Shown piece by piece: positions 15,501 through 30,500 of a stretch of DNA of 64,000 nucleotides; the stretch's first letter is position 1; each line of letters opens with the position of its first letter. The position numbers and the translations under genes were made by a program. Below the pieces are notes generated by a model. That model did not search any database. It was not told the DNA's origin and was given only the letters and a program-made list of their open reading frames with translations. This stretch comes from Squalus acanthias (Eukaryota): the NCBI GenBank assembly GCA_030390025.1, contig CM059433.1:29452001-29516000 (forward strand), read 5' to 3'.

Positions 15501-18500
15501 CACCTAAAAATTTATCTCACACCTATAAATGTATCTCACAACGTATAAATGTATCTCACACCTATAAATGTATCTCTCACCTATAAATCTATCTCTCACC
15601 TATAAATATATATCTCACCTATAAATGTATCTCACACCTATAAATATATCTTACACCAAAAATGTATCGCTGACCTATAAATGTATCTCACACCAATAAA
15701 TGTGTCTCTCACTAATAAATTTATCTCATCCCTATAAATGTATCTCACGATCTATAAATGTATCTGACACCTATAAATGTACATCTCATCTAGAAATGTA
15801 TCTCTCACCTATAAATGTATCTCACACCTATAAATGTATCTCTCACCTATAAATGTATCTCTCACCTATAAATGTATCTCTCACCTATAAATGTATCTCA
15901 CAACCTATAAATGTATCTCACGATATATTAATGTATCTCACACCTGTAAATGTATCTCTCACCTGTAAATGTATCTCTCACCTATAAATGTATCTCTCAC
16001 CTACAAATGTATCTCACACCTATAAATGTATCTCTCACCTATATATGTATCTCACACCTATAAATGTATCTCACACCTATAAATGTATCTCACAACGTAT
16101 AAATGTATCTTACACACCAATTAATGTATCTCATAACCTACAAATGTATCTCACACCTATAAATGGATCTCACACCTATAAATGTATCTCACACCTATAA
16201 ATGTATCTCTCACCTATAAATGTATCTCACCCACCTATAAATGTATCTCTCACCTATAAATGTATCTCACCCACCTATAAATGTATCTCTCACCTATAAA
16301 TGTATCTCACACCTATAAATGTATCTCTCACCTATAAATGTATCTCTCACCTATAAATGTATCTCTCACCTATAAATGTATCTCACAACCTATAAATGTA
16401 TCTCACGATATATTAATGTATCTCACACCTATAAATGTATATCTCACCTATAATTGTATCTCACATCTATAAATGTATCTCACACCTATAAATGTATCTC
16501 TCACCTGTAAATGTATCTCTCACCTATAAATGTATCTCACACCTATAAATGTATCTCTCACCTACAAATGTATCTCACACCTATAAATGTATCTCTCACC
16601 TATATATGTATCTCACACCTATAAATGTATCTCACACCTATAAATGTATCTCACAACGTATAAATGTATCTTACACACCAATTAATGTATCTCATAACCT
16701 ATAAATGTATCTCACACCTATAAATGGATCTCACACCTATAAATGTATCTCACACCTATAAATGTATCTCTCACCTATAAATGTATCTCACCCACCTATA
16801 AATGTATCTCTCACCTATAAATGTATCTCACCCACCTATAAATGTATCTCTCACCTATAAATGTATCTCACCCACCTATAAATGTATCTCTCACCTATAA
16901 ATGTATCTCACCCACCTATAAATGTATCTCTCACCTATAAATGTATCTCACCCACCTATAAATGTATCACTCACCTATAAATGTATCTCACTGACCTATA
17001 AATGTATCTCACACACCTATAAATGTTTCTTTCTCACATATTAATGTATCTCACCCACCTATAAATGTATCTCACTCACCTATAAATGTATCTCACCCAC
17101 CTATAAATGTATCACACTCACCTATAAATGTATCACTCACCTATAAATGTATCTCACTCACCTATAAATGTATCTCACCCACCTATAAATGTATCTCACT
17201 CACCTATAAATGTATCTCACCCACCTATAAATGTATCTCACTCACCTATAAATGTATCACTCACCTATAAATGTATCTCACTGACCTATAAATGTATCTC
17301 ACACACCTATAAATGTTTCTTTCTCACATATTAATGTATCTCACCCACCTATAAATGTATCTCACCCACCTATAAATGTATCACACTCACCTATAAATGT
17401 ATCTCACTCACCTATAAATGTATCTCACCCACCTATAAATGTATCTCACTCACCTATAAATGTATCTCACTCACCTATAAATGTATCTCACCCACATATA
17501 AATGTATCTCACTGATCTATAAATGTATCTCACTCACCTATAAATGTATCTCACTCACCTATAAATGTATCTCACTGACCTATAAATGTATCTCACTCAC
17601 CTATAAATGTATCTCACCGACCTATAAATGTATCTCACTCACCTATAAATGTATCTCACTCACCTATAAATGTATCTCACCCACATATAAATGTATCTCA
17701 CTCACCTATAAATGTATCTCACCCACATATAAATGTATCTCACTGATCTATAAATGTATCTCACTCACCTATAAATGTATCTCACTCACCTATAAATGTA
17801 TCTCACCCACATATAAATGTATCTCACTGATCTATAAATGTATCTCACCCACATATAAATGTATCTCACTGATCTATAAATGTATCTCACTCACCTATAA
17901 ATGTATCTCACTCACCTATAAATGTATCTCTCTCACCTATAAATGTATCTCTCTCACCTATAAATGTATCTCACTCACCTACAAATGTATCTCACTCACC
18001 TATAAATGTATCTCTCTCACCTATAAATGTATCTCTCTCACCTATAAATGCATCTCACCCACATATAAATGTATCTCACTGATCTATAAATGTATCTCAC
18101 TCACCTATAAATGTATCTCACTGATCTATAAATGTATCTCACTCACCTATAAATGTATCTCACCCACATATAAATGTATCTCACTGATCTATAAATGTAT
18201 CTCACTCACCTATAAATGTATCTCACCCACATATAAATGTATCTCACTGATCTATAAATGTATCTCTCTCACCTATAATTGTATCTCACCCACATATAAA
18301 TGTATCTCACTCACCTATAAATGTATCTCTCTCACCTATAAATGTATCTCTCTCACCTATAAATGTATCTCACTCACCTACAAATGTATCTCACTCACCT
18401 ATAAATGTATCTCTCTCACCTATAAATGTATCTCTCTCACCTATAAATGCATCTCACCCACATATAAATGTATCTCACTGATCTATAAATGTATCTCACT

Positions 18501-21500
18501 CACCTATAAATGTATCTCACTGATCTATAAATGTATCTCACCCACCTATAAAGGTATCTCACACACCTGTAAATGTATCTCTCACCTATAAATGTATCTC
18601 CCTCACCTATAAATGTATCTCACCCACATATAAATGTATCTCACTCACTTATAAATGTACCTCAAACAACTAGAAATGTATCTTTGACCGATAAATGTAT
18701 CTCACACCTATAAATGTATCTCACAACGTATAAATGTATCTCACACCTATAAATGTATCTCTCACCTTTAAATATATATCTCACCTATAAATGTATCTCA
18801 CACGTATAAATGTATCTCTCACCTATAAATGTATCTCACACCTATAAATGTATCTTTCACCTATAAATGTATCTCAAACCTATAAATGTATCTCATACCT
18901 AAAAATGTATCTCACATCTATAAATGTATCTCTCACCTATAAATGTATCTCACACCTATAAATGTATCTCACACCTATAAATGTATCTCACACCTATAAA
19001 TGTATCTCTCACCTAAAAATTTATCTCACACCTATAAATGTATCTCACAACGTATAAATGTATCTCACACCTATAAATGTATCTCTCACCTATAAATCTA
19101 TCTCTCACCTATAAATATATATCTCACCTATAAATGTATCTCACACCTATAAATATATCTTACACCAAAAATGTATCGCTGACCTATAAATGTATCTCAC
19201 ACCAATAAATGTGTCTCTCACTAATAAATTTATCTCATCCCTATAAATGTATCTCACGATCTATAAATGTATCTGACACCTATAAATGTACATCTCATCT
19301 AGAAATGTATCTCTCACCTATAAATGTATCTCACACCTATAAATGTATCTCTCACCTATAAATGTATCTCTCACCTATAAATGTATCTCTCACCTATAAA
19401 TGTATCTCACAACCTATAAATGTATCTCACGATATATTAATGTATCTCACACCTGTAAATGTATCTCTCACCTGTAAATGTATCTCTCACCTATAAATGT
19501 ATCTCTCACCTACAAATGTATCTCACACCTATAAATGTATCTCTCACCTATATATGTATCTCACACCTATAAATGTATCTCACACCTATAAATGTATCTC
19601 ACAACGTATAAATGTATCTTACACACCAATTAATGTATCTCATAACCTATAAATGTATCTCACACCTATAAATGGATCTCACACCTATAAATGTATCTCA
19701 CACCTATAAATGTATCTCTCACCTATAAATGTATCTCACCCACCTATAAATGTATCTCTCACCTATAAATGTATCTCACCCACCTATAAATGTATCTCTC
19801 ACCTATAAATGTATCTCACACCTATAAATGTATCTCTCACCTATAAATGTATCTCTCACCTATAAATGTATCTCTCACCTATAAATGTATCTCACAACCT
19901 ATAAATGTATCTCACGATATATTAATGTATCTCACACCTATAAATGTATATCTCACCTATAATTGTATCTCACATCTATAAATGTATCTCACACCTATAA
20001 ATGTATCTCTCACCTGTAAATGTATCTCTCACCTATATATGTATCTCTCACCTACAAATGTATCTCACACCTATAAATGTATCTCTCACCTATATATGTA
20101 TCTCACACCTATAAATGTATCTCACACCTATAAATGTATCTCACAACGTATAAATGTATCTTACACACCAATTAATGTATCTCATAACCTATAAATGTAT
20201 CTCACACCTATAAATGGATCTCACACCTATAAATGTATCTCACACCTATAAATGTATCTCTCACCTATAAATGTATCTCACCCACCTATAAATGTATCTC
20301 TCACCTATAAATGTATCTCACCCACCTATAAATGTATCTCTCACCTATAAATGTATCTCACCCACCTATAAATGTATCTCTCACCTATAAATGTATCTCA
20401 CCCACCTATAAATGTATCTCTCACCTATAAATGTATCTCACCCACCTATAAATGTATCACTCACCTATAAATGTATCTCACTGACCTATAAATGTATCTC
20501 ACACACCTATAAATGTTTCTTTCTCACATATTAATGTATCTCACCCACCTATAAATGTATCTCACTCACCTATAAATGTATCTCACCCACCTATAAATGT
20601 ATCACACTCACCTATAAATGTATCACTCACCTATAAATGTATCTCACTCACCTATAAATGTATCTCACCCACCTATAAATGTATCACACTCACCTATAAA
20701 TGTATCTCACTGACCTATAAATGTATCTCACACACCTATAAATGTTTCTTTCTCACATATTAATGTATCTCACCCACCTATAAATGTATCTCACCCACCT
20801 ATAAATGTATCACACTCACCTATAAATGTATCTCACTCACCTATAAATGTATCTCACCCACCTATAAATGTATCTCACTCACCTATAAATGTATCTCACT
20901 CACCTATAAATGTATCTCACCCACATATAAATGTATCTCACTGATCTATAAATGTATCTCACTCACCTATAAATGTATCTCACTCACCTATAAATGTATC
21001 TCACTGACCTATAAATGTATCTCACTCACCTATAAATGTATCTCACTCACCTATAAATGTATCTCACCCACCTATAAATGTATCTCACTCACCTATAAAT
21101 GTATCTCACCGACCTATAAATGTATCTCACTCACCTATAAATGTATCTCACTCACCTATAAATGTATCTCACCCACCTATAAATGTATCTCACTCACCTA
21201 TAAATGTATCTCACCCACATATAAATGTATCTCACTGATCTATAAATGTATCTCACTCACCTATAAATGTATCTCACTCACCTATAAATGTATCTCACCC
21301 ACATATAAATGTATCTCACTGATCTATAAATGTATCTCACCCACATATAAATGTATCTCACTGATCTATAAATGTATCTCACTCACCTATAAATGTATCT
21401 CACTCACCTATAAATGTATCTCTCTCACCTATAAATGTATCTCTCTCACCTATAAATGTATCTCACTCACCTACAAATGTATCTCACTCACCTATAAATG

Positions 21501-24500
21501 TATCTCTCTCACCTATAAATGTATCTCTCTCACCTATAAATGCATCTCACCCACATATAAATGTATCTCACTGATCTATAAATGTATCTCACTCACCTAT
21601 AAATGTATCTCACTGATCTATAAATGTATCTCACTCACCTATAAATGTATCTCACCCACATATAAATGTATCTCACTGATCTATAAATGTATCTCACTCA
21701 CCTATAAATGTATCTCACCCACATATAAATGTATCTCACTGATCTATAAATGTATCTCTCTCACCTATAATTGTATCTCACCCACATATAAATGTATCTC
21801 ACTGATCTATAAATGTATCTCACTCACCTATAAATGTATCTCATTCACCTATAATTGTATCTCACTCACCTATAAATGTATCACACTCACCTATAAATGT
21901 ATCTCACTCACCTATAAATGTATCTCTCTCACCTATAAATGTATCTCACCCACATATAAATGTATCTCACTGATCTATAAATGTATCTCACTCACCTATA
22001 AATGTATCTCACCCACATTTAAATGTATCTCACTGAGCCATAAATGTATCGAACTGACCTATAAATGTATCTGACTCACCTATAAATGTATCTCTCACCT
22101 ATAAATGTATCTGACTCACCTATAAATGTATCTGACTCACCTATAAATGTATCTCTCACCTATAAATGTATCTCACTCACCTATAAATGTATCTGACTCA
22201 CCTATAAATGTATCTCACTCACCTATAAATGTATCTCACTCACCTATAAATGTATCTCTCTCACCTATAAATGTATCTCACTCACCTATAAATGTATCAC
22301 ACTCACCTATAAATGTATCACTCACCTATAAATGTATCTCTCTCACCTATAAATGCATCTCACTGACCTATGAATGTATCTCACTGACCTATAAATGTAT
22401 CTCCCCCACATTTAAATGTATCTCACTGACCTATAAATGTATCTCACTGAGCCATAAATGTATCTCACTGACCTATAAATGTATCTCACACCGACAAATG
22501 TATCTCACTCACCTATAAATGTATATCACTGACTTATAAATGTATCTCACCCACCTATAAATGTATCACTCACCTATAAATGTATCTCACTCACCTATAA
22601 ATGTATCTCACTGACATTTAAATGTATCTCACTGACCTATAAATATATCTCAATCACCAATAAATGTATCTCACTGACCTATAAATATATCTCAATCACC
22701 AATAAATGTATCTCACTGACCTATTAATGTAACTCACTGACCTATAAATGTATCTCAATCACCAATAAATGTAGCTCACTCACCTATAAATGTATCTCAC
22801 TGACCTATAAATGTATCTCATCCACCTATAAATGTATCTCACGGACATATAAATGTATCTCAATCGCCAATAAATGTATCACACTCACCTATAAATGTAT
22901 CTCACTGACCTATAAATGTATCTCTCTCACCAATAAAGGTATCTCACACACCTGTAAATGTATCTCTCACCTATAAATGTATCTCACTCACCTATAAATG
23001 TATCTCACTGACCTATAAATGTGTCTCCCTCACCTATAAATGTATCTCACCCACATATAAATGTATCTCACTCACTTATAAATGTACCTCAAACAACTAG
23101 AAATGTATCTTTGACCGATAAATGTATCTCACACCTATAAATGTATCTCACAACGTATAAATGTATCTCACACCTATAAATGTATCTCTCACCTTTAAAT
23201 ATATATCTCACCTATAAATGTATCTCACACGTATAAATGTATCTCTCACCTATAAATGTATCTCACACCTATAAATGTATCTCTCACCTATAAATGTATC
23301 TCACACCTATAAATGTATCTCATACCTATAAATGTATCTCACATCTATAAATGTATCTCACACCTATAAATGTATCTCACAACGTATAAATGTATCTCAC
23401 ACCTATAAATGTATCTCTCAACTATAAATCTATCTCTCACCTATAAATATATATCTCACCTATAAATGTATCTCACACCTATAAATATATCTTACACCAA
23501 AAATGTATCGCTGACCTATAAATGTATCTCACACCTATAAATGTGTCTCTCACTAATAAATTTATCTCATCCCTATAAATGTATCTCACGATCTATAAAT
23601 GTATCTGACACCTATAAATGTACATCTCACCTATAAATGTATCTCTCACCTATAAATGTATCTCACACCTATAAATGTATCTCTCACCTATAAATGTATC
23701 TCTCACCTATAAATGTATCTCACAACCTATAAATGTATCTCACGATATATTAATGTATCTCACACCTATAAATGTATATCTCACCTATATATGTATCTCA
23801 CACCTATAAATGTATCTCACACCTATAAATGTATCTCTCACCTATATATGTATCTCACACCTATAAATGTATCTCACACCTATAAATGTATCTCACAACG
23901 TATAAATGTATCTTACACACCAATTAATGTATCTCATAACCTATAAATGGATCTCACACCTATAAATGTATCTCACACCTATAAATGTATCTCACCCACC
24001 TATAAATGTATCTCACTGACCTATAAATGTATCTCACCGACCTATAAATGTATCTCACTCACCTATAAATGTATCTCACACCTATAAATGTATCTCTCAC
24101 CTATATATGTATCTCACACCTATAAATGTATCTCACACCTATAAATGTATCTCACAACGTATAAATGTATCTTACACACCAATTAATGTATCTCATAACC
24201 TATAAATGGATCTCACACCTATAAATGTATCTCACACCTATAAATGTATCTCACCCACCTATAAATGTATCTCACTCACCTATAAATGTATCTCACCGAC
24301 CTATAAATGTATCTCACTCACCTATAAATGTATCTCACTGACCTATAAATGTATCTCACCCACCTATAAATGTATCTCACTGACCTATAAATGTATCTCA
24401 CCGACCTATAAATGTATCTCACTGACCTATAAATATATCTCACCCACCTATAAATGTATCTCACTCACCTATAAATGTATCTCACTCACCTATAAATGTA

Positions 24501-27500
24501 TCTCACCCACCTATAAATGTATCTCACCCACCTACAAATGTATCTCACTCACCTATAAATGTATCTCACTCACCTATAAATGTATCTCTCTCACCTATAA
24601 ATATATCTCACTCACCTATAAATGTTTCTCACTCACCTATAAATAAATCGCTCACCTAAAAATGTATCACTCACCTATAAATGTATCTCACTCACCTATA
24701 AATGTATCTCACTCACCTATAAATGTATCTCACTCACCTATAAATGTATCTCTCTCACCTATAAATATATCTCACCCACATATAAATGTATCTCACTGAT
24801 CTATAAATGTATCTCACTCACCTATAAATGTATCTCACCCACATATAAATGTATCTCACTGATCTATAAATGTATCTCTCTCACCTATAATTGTATCTCA
24901 CTCATCTATAAATGTATCACACTCACCTATAAATGTATCTCACTCACCTATAAATATATCTCACCCACATATAAATGTATCTCACTGATCTATAAATGTT
25001 TCTCTCTCACCTATAATTGTATCTCACTCATCTATAAATGTATCACACTCACCTATACATGTATCTCACTCACCAATAAATGTATCTCTCTCACCTATAA
25101 ATGTATCTCACCCACATATAAATGTATCTCACTGATCTATAAATGTATCTCACTCACCTATAAATGTATCTCACTGAGCCATAAATGTATCTAACTGACC
25201 TATAAATGTATCTGACTCACCTATAAATGTATCTCTCACCTATAAATGTATCTCACTCACCTATAAATGTATCTGACTCACCTATAAATGTATCTCACTC
25301 ACCTATAAATGTATCTCACTCACCTATAAATGTATCTCACTGAGCCATAAATGTATCTCACTCACCTATAAATGTATCTCTCTCACCTATAAATGCATCT
25401 CACTGACCTATGAATATATCTCACTGACCTATAAATGTATCTCACCCACATTTAAATGTATCTCACTGACCTATAAATGTATCTCACTGACGTATAAATG
25501 TATCTCACTGACCTTATAAATGTATCTCACTGACCTATAAATGTATCTCAATCACCAATAAATGTATCTCACTCACCTATACATGTATCTCACTGACCTA
25601 TAAATGTATCTCACCCACCTATAAATGTATCTCACTCACCTATAAATGTATCTCACTGACATTTAAATGTATCTCACTGACCTATAAATATATCTCAATC
25701 ACCAATAAATGTATCTCACTGACCTATTAATGTAACTCACTGACCTATAAATGTATCTCAATCACCAATAAATGTAGCTCACTCACCTATAAATGTATCT
25801 CACTGACCCATAAATGTATCTCATCCACCTATAAATGTATCTCACCCACCTATAAATGTATCTCTCTCACCTATAAATGTATCTCTCTCACCTATAAATG
25901 TATCTCACTCACCTATAAATGTATCTCACTGAACTATAAATGTATATCACTCACCTATAAATAAATGTATCTCACCCACCTATAAATGTATCTCACACCG
26001 AACAATGTATCTCTCACCTATAAATGTATCTCACCCACCTATAAAGGTATCTCACACACCTGTAAATGTATCTCACACCTATAAATGTATCTCACTCACC
26101 TATAAATGTACCTCACTGACCTATAAATGTATCTCCCTCACCTATAAATGTATCTCACCCACATATAAATGTATCTCACTCACTTATAAATGTACCTCAA
26201 ACAACTAGAAATGTATCTTTGACCGATAAATGTATCTCACACCTATAAATGTATCTCACACCTATGATTGTATCTCTCAACTATAAATGTATCTCACACG
26301 TATAAATGTATCTCATACCTATAAATGTATCTCACACCGATAAATGTATCTCACACCTATAAATGTATCTCACACCTATGATTGTATCTCTCAACTATAA
26401 ATGTATCTCACATGTATAAATGTATCTCATACCTATAAATGTATCTCACACCGATAAATGTATCTCACACATATAAATGTATCTCACACCTATAAATGTA
26501 TCTCTCGCCTATAAATGTATCTCTCACCTATAAATTTATCTCAGACCTATAAATGTATCTCACACGTATAAATGTATCTCATACCTATAAATGTATCTCA
26601 CACCGATAAATGTATCTCACACCTATAAATGTATCTCACACCTATGATTGTATCTCTCAACTATAAATGTATCTCACACGTATAAATGTATCTCTCACCT
26701 ATAAATGTATCTCACACGTATAAATGTATCTCACACCTATAAATGTATCTCACACCTATAAATGTATCTCACACCTATAAATGTATCTCACACCTATAAA
26801 TGTATCTCACACCTATAAATGTCTCTCTCACCTATAAATGTATCTCACACGTAAAAATGTATCTCTCACCTATAAATTTATCTGAGACCTATAAATGTAT
26901 CTCACACCTATAAATTTATCTCACACCTATAAATGTATCTCACACATATAAATGTATCTGTCACCTTTAAATATATATCTCACCTATAAATGTATCTCAC
27001 ACATATAAATGTATCTCTCACCTATAAATGTATCTCAGACCTATAAATGTATCTCACACCTGTAAATGTATCTCAAACCTATAAATGTATCTCATACCTA
27101 TAAATGTATCTCACACCTATAAATGTATCTCTCACATATAAATGTATCTCACACCTATAAATGTAACTCACACCTATAAATGTATCTCTCTCATATAAAT
27201 GTATCTCTCTCATATAAATGTATCTCTCACCTATAAATGTATCTCTCACCTATAAATTTATCTCACACCTATAAATGTATCTCTCACCTATAAATGTATC
27301 TCACACCTATAAATGTATCTCTCACCTATAAATTTATCTCTCACCTATAAATGTATCTCACACCTATAAATGTATCTCTCACCTATAAATTTATCTCACA
27401 CCTATAAATGTATCTCTCACCTATAAATGTATCTCACACCTATAAATGTATCTCTCACCTATAAATGTATCTCTCACTGATAAATGTATCTCTCACCTAT

Positions 27501-30500
27501 AAATGTATCTCACACCTATAAATGTATCTCTCACCTATAAATTTATCTCACACCTACAAATGTATCTCTCACCTATAAATTTATCTCACACCTATAAATG
27601 TATCTCACACCTATAAATGTATCTCACAACGTATAAATGTATCTCACACCTATAAATGTATCTCACACCTATAAATGTATCTCTCACCTGTAAATGTATC
27701 TCACACCTATAAATGTATCTCACAACGTATAAATGTATCTCACACCTATAAATGTATCTCACACCTATAAATGTATCTCTCACCTGTAAATGTATCTCAC
27801 ACCTATAAATGTATCTCACACCTATAAATGTATCTCACAACGTATAAATGTATCTCACACCTATAAATGTATCTCACACCTATAAATGTATCTCACACCT
27901 ATAAATGTATCTCACAACGTATAAATGTATCTCACACCTATAAATGTATCTCACACCTATAAATGTATCTCTCACCTGTAAATGTATCTCACACCTATAA
28001 ATGTATCTCACAACGTATAAATGTATCTCACACCTATAAATGTATCTCTCACCTATAAATTTATCTCACACCTATAAATGTATCTCACACCTATAAATGT
28101 ATCTCTCACCTTTAAATATATATCTCACCTATAAATGTATCTCACAACGTATAAATGTATCTCACACCTATAAATGTACATCTCACCTATAAATGTATCT
28201 CTCACCTATAAATGTATCTCACACCTATAAATGTATCTCTCACCTATAAATGTATCTCTCACCTGTAAATGTATCTCTCACCTATACATTTATCTCAGAC
28301 CTGTAAATGTATCTCACAACGTATAAATGTATCTCACACCTATAAATGTATCTCTCACCTTTAAATATATATCTCACCTATAAATGTATCTCACACCTAT
28401 AAATGTATCTCACACCTATAAATGTATCTCTCATCTATAAATGTATCTCTCACCTATAAATGTATCTCTCACATATAAATGTATCTCTCACCTATAAATG
28501 TATCTCACACCTATAAATGTAACTCACACCTATAAATGTATCTCACACCTATAAATGTATCTCACACCTATAAATGTATCTCACACCTATAAATGTATAT
28601 CTCACCTATAAATGTATCTCACACCTATAAATGTATCTCACACCTATAAATGTATCTCACTCACCTATAAATGTATCTCTCACCTATAAATTTATCTCAC
28701 ACCTATAAATGTATCTCACACCTATAAATCTATCTCACACCTATAAATGTATCTCACACCTATAAATGTATCTCACTCACCTATAAATGTATCTCTCACC
28801 TATAAATTTATCTCACACCTATAAATGTATCTCTCACCTATAAATATATATCTCACCTATAAATGTATCTCACTCCTATAAATGTATCTCTCACCTACAA
28901 ATCTATCTCTCACCTATAAATATATATCTCACCTATAAATGTATCTCACACCTATAAATTTATCTTAAACCAAAAATGTATCGCTCACCTATAAATGTAT
29001 CTCACACCTTAAAATGTGTCTCTCACTAATAAATTTATCTCATCCCAATAAATGTGTCTCACGATCTATAAATGTATCTCTCACCTATAAATATATATCT
29101 CACCTATAAATGTATCTCACTCCTATAAATGTACGTCTCACCTATAAATGTATCTCTCACCTATAAATGTATCTCTCACCTATAAATGTATCTCACACCT
29201 ATAAATGTATCTCTCACCTATAAATGTATCTCACAACGTATAAATGTATCTCACGATCTATAAATGTATCTGACACCTGTAAATGTACGTCTCACCTATA
29301 AATGTATCTCACACCTATAAATGTATCTCTCACCTATAAATGTATCTCTCACCTATAAATGTATCTCTCACCTGTAAATGTATCTCTCACCTATAAATGT
29401 ATCTCTCACCTATAAATTTATCTCACACCTATAAATGTATCTCACACCTATAAATGTATCTCTCACCTATAAATGTATCTCTCACCTATAAATGTATCTC
29501 TCACCTATAAATGTATCTCACACCTATAAATGTATCTCTCACCTATAAATTTATCTCACACCTATAAATGTATCTCTCACCTATAAATTTATCTCACACC
29601 TATAAATGTATCTCACACCTATAAATGTATCTCACAACGTATAAATGTATCTCACACCTATAAATGTATCTCACACCTATAAATGTATCTCTCACCTGTA
29701 AATGTATCTCACACCTATAAATGTATCTCACAACGTATAAATGTATCTCACACCTATAAATGCATCTCACACCTATAAATGTATCTCACACCTATAAATG
29801 TATCTCACACCTATAAATGTATCTCACAACGTATAAATGTATCTCACACCTATAAATGTATCTCACACCTATAAATGTATCTCACACCTATAAATGTATC
29901 TCACAACGTATAAATGTATCTCACACCTATAAATGTATCTCACACCTATAAATGTATCTCTCACCTGTAAATGTATCTCACACCTATAAATGTATCTCAC
30001 AACGTATAAATGTATCTCACACCTATAAATGTATCTCTCACCTATAAATTTATCTCACACCTATAAATGTATCTCACACCTATAAATGTATCTCTCACCT
30101 TTAAATATATATCTCACCTATAAATGTATCTCACAACGTATAAATGTATCTCACACCTATAAATGTACATCTCACCTATAAATGTATCTCTCACCTATAA
30201 ATGTATCTCACACCTATAAATGTATCTCTCACCTATAAATGTATCTCTCACCTGTAAATGTATCTCTCACCTATACATTTATCTCAGACCTGTAAATGTA
30301 TCTCACAACGTATAAATGTATCTCACACCTATAAGTGTATCTCTCACCTTTAAATATATATCTCACCTATAAATGTATCTCTCACCTATAAATGTGTCTC
30401 ACACCTATAAATGTATCTCACACCTATAAATGTATCTCACACCTATAAATGTATCTCTCACATATAAATGTATCTCTCACCTATAAATGTATCTCTCACC

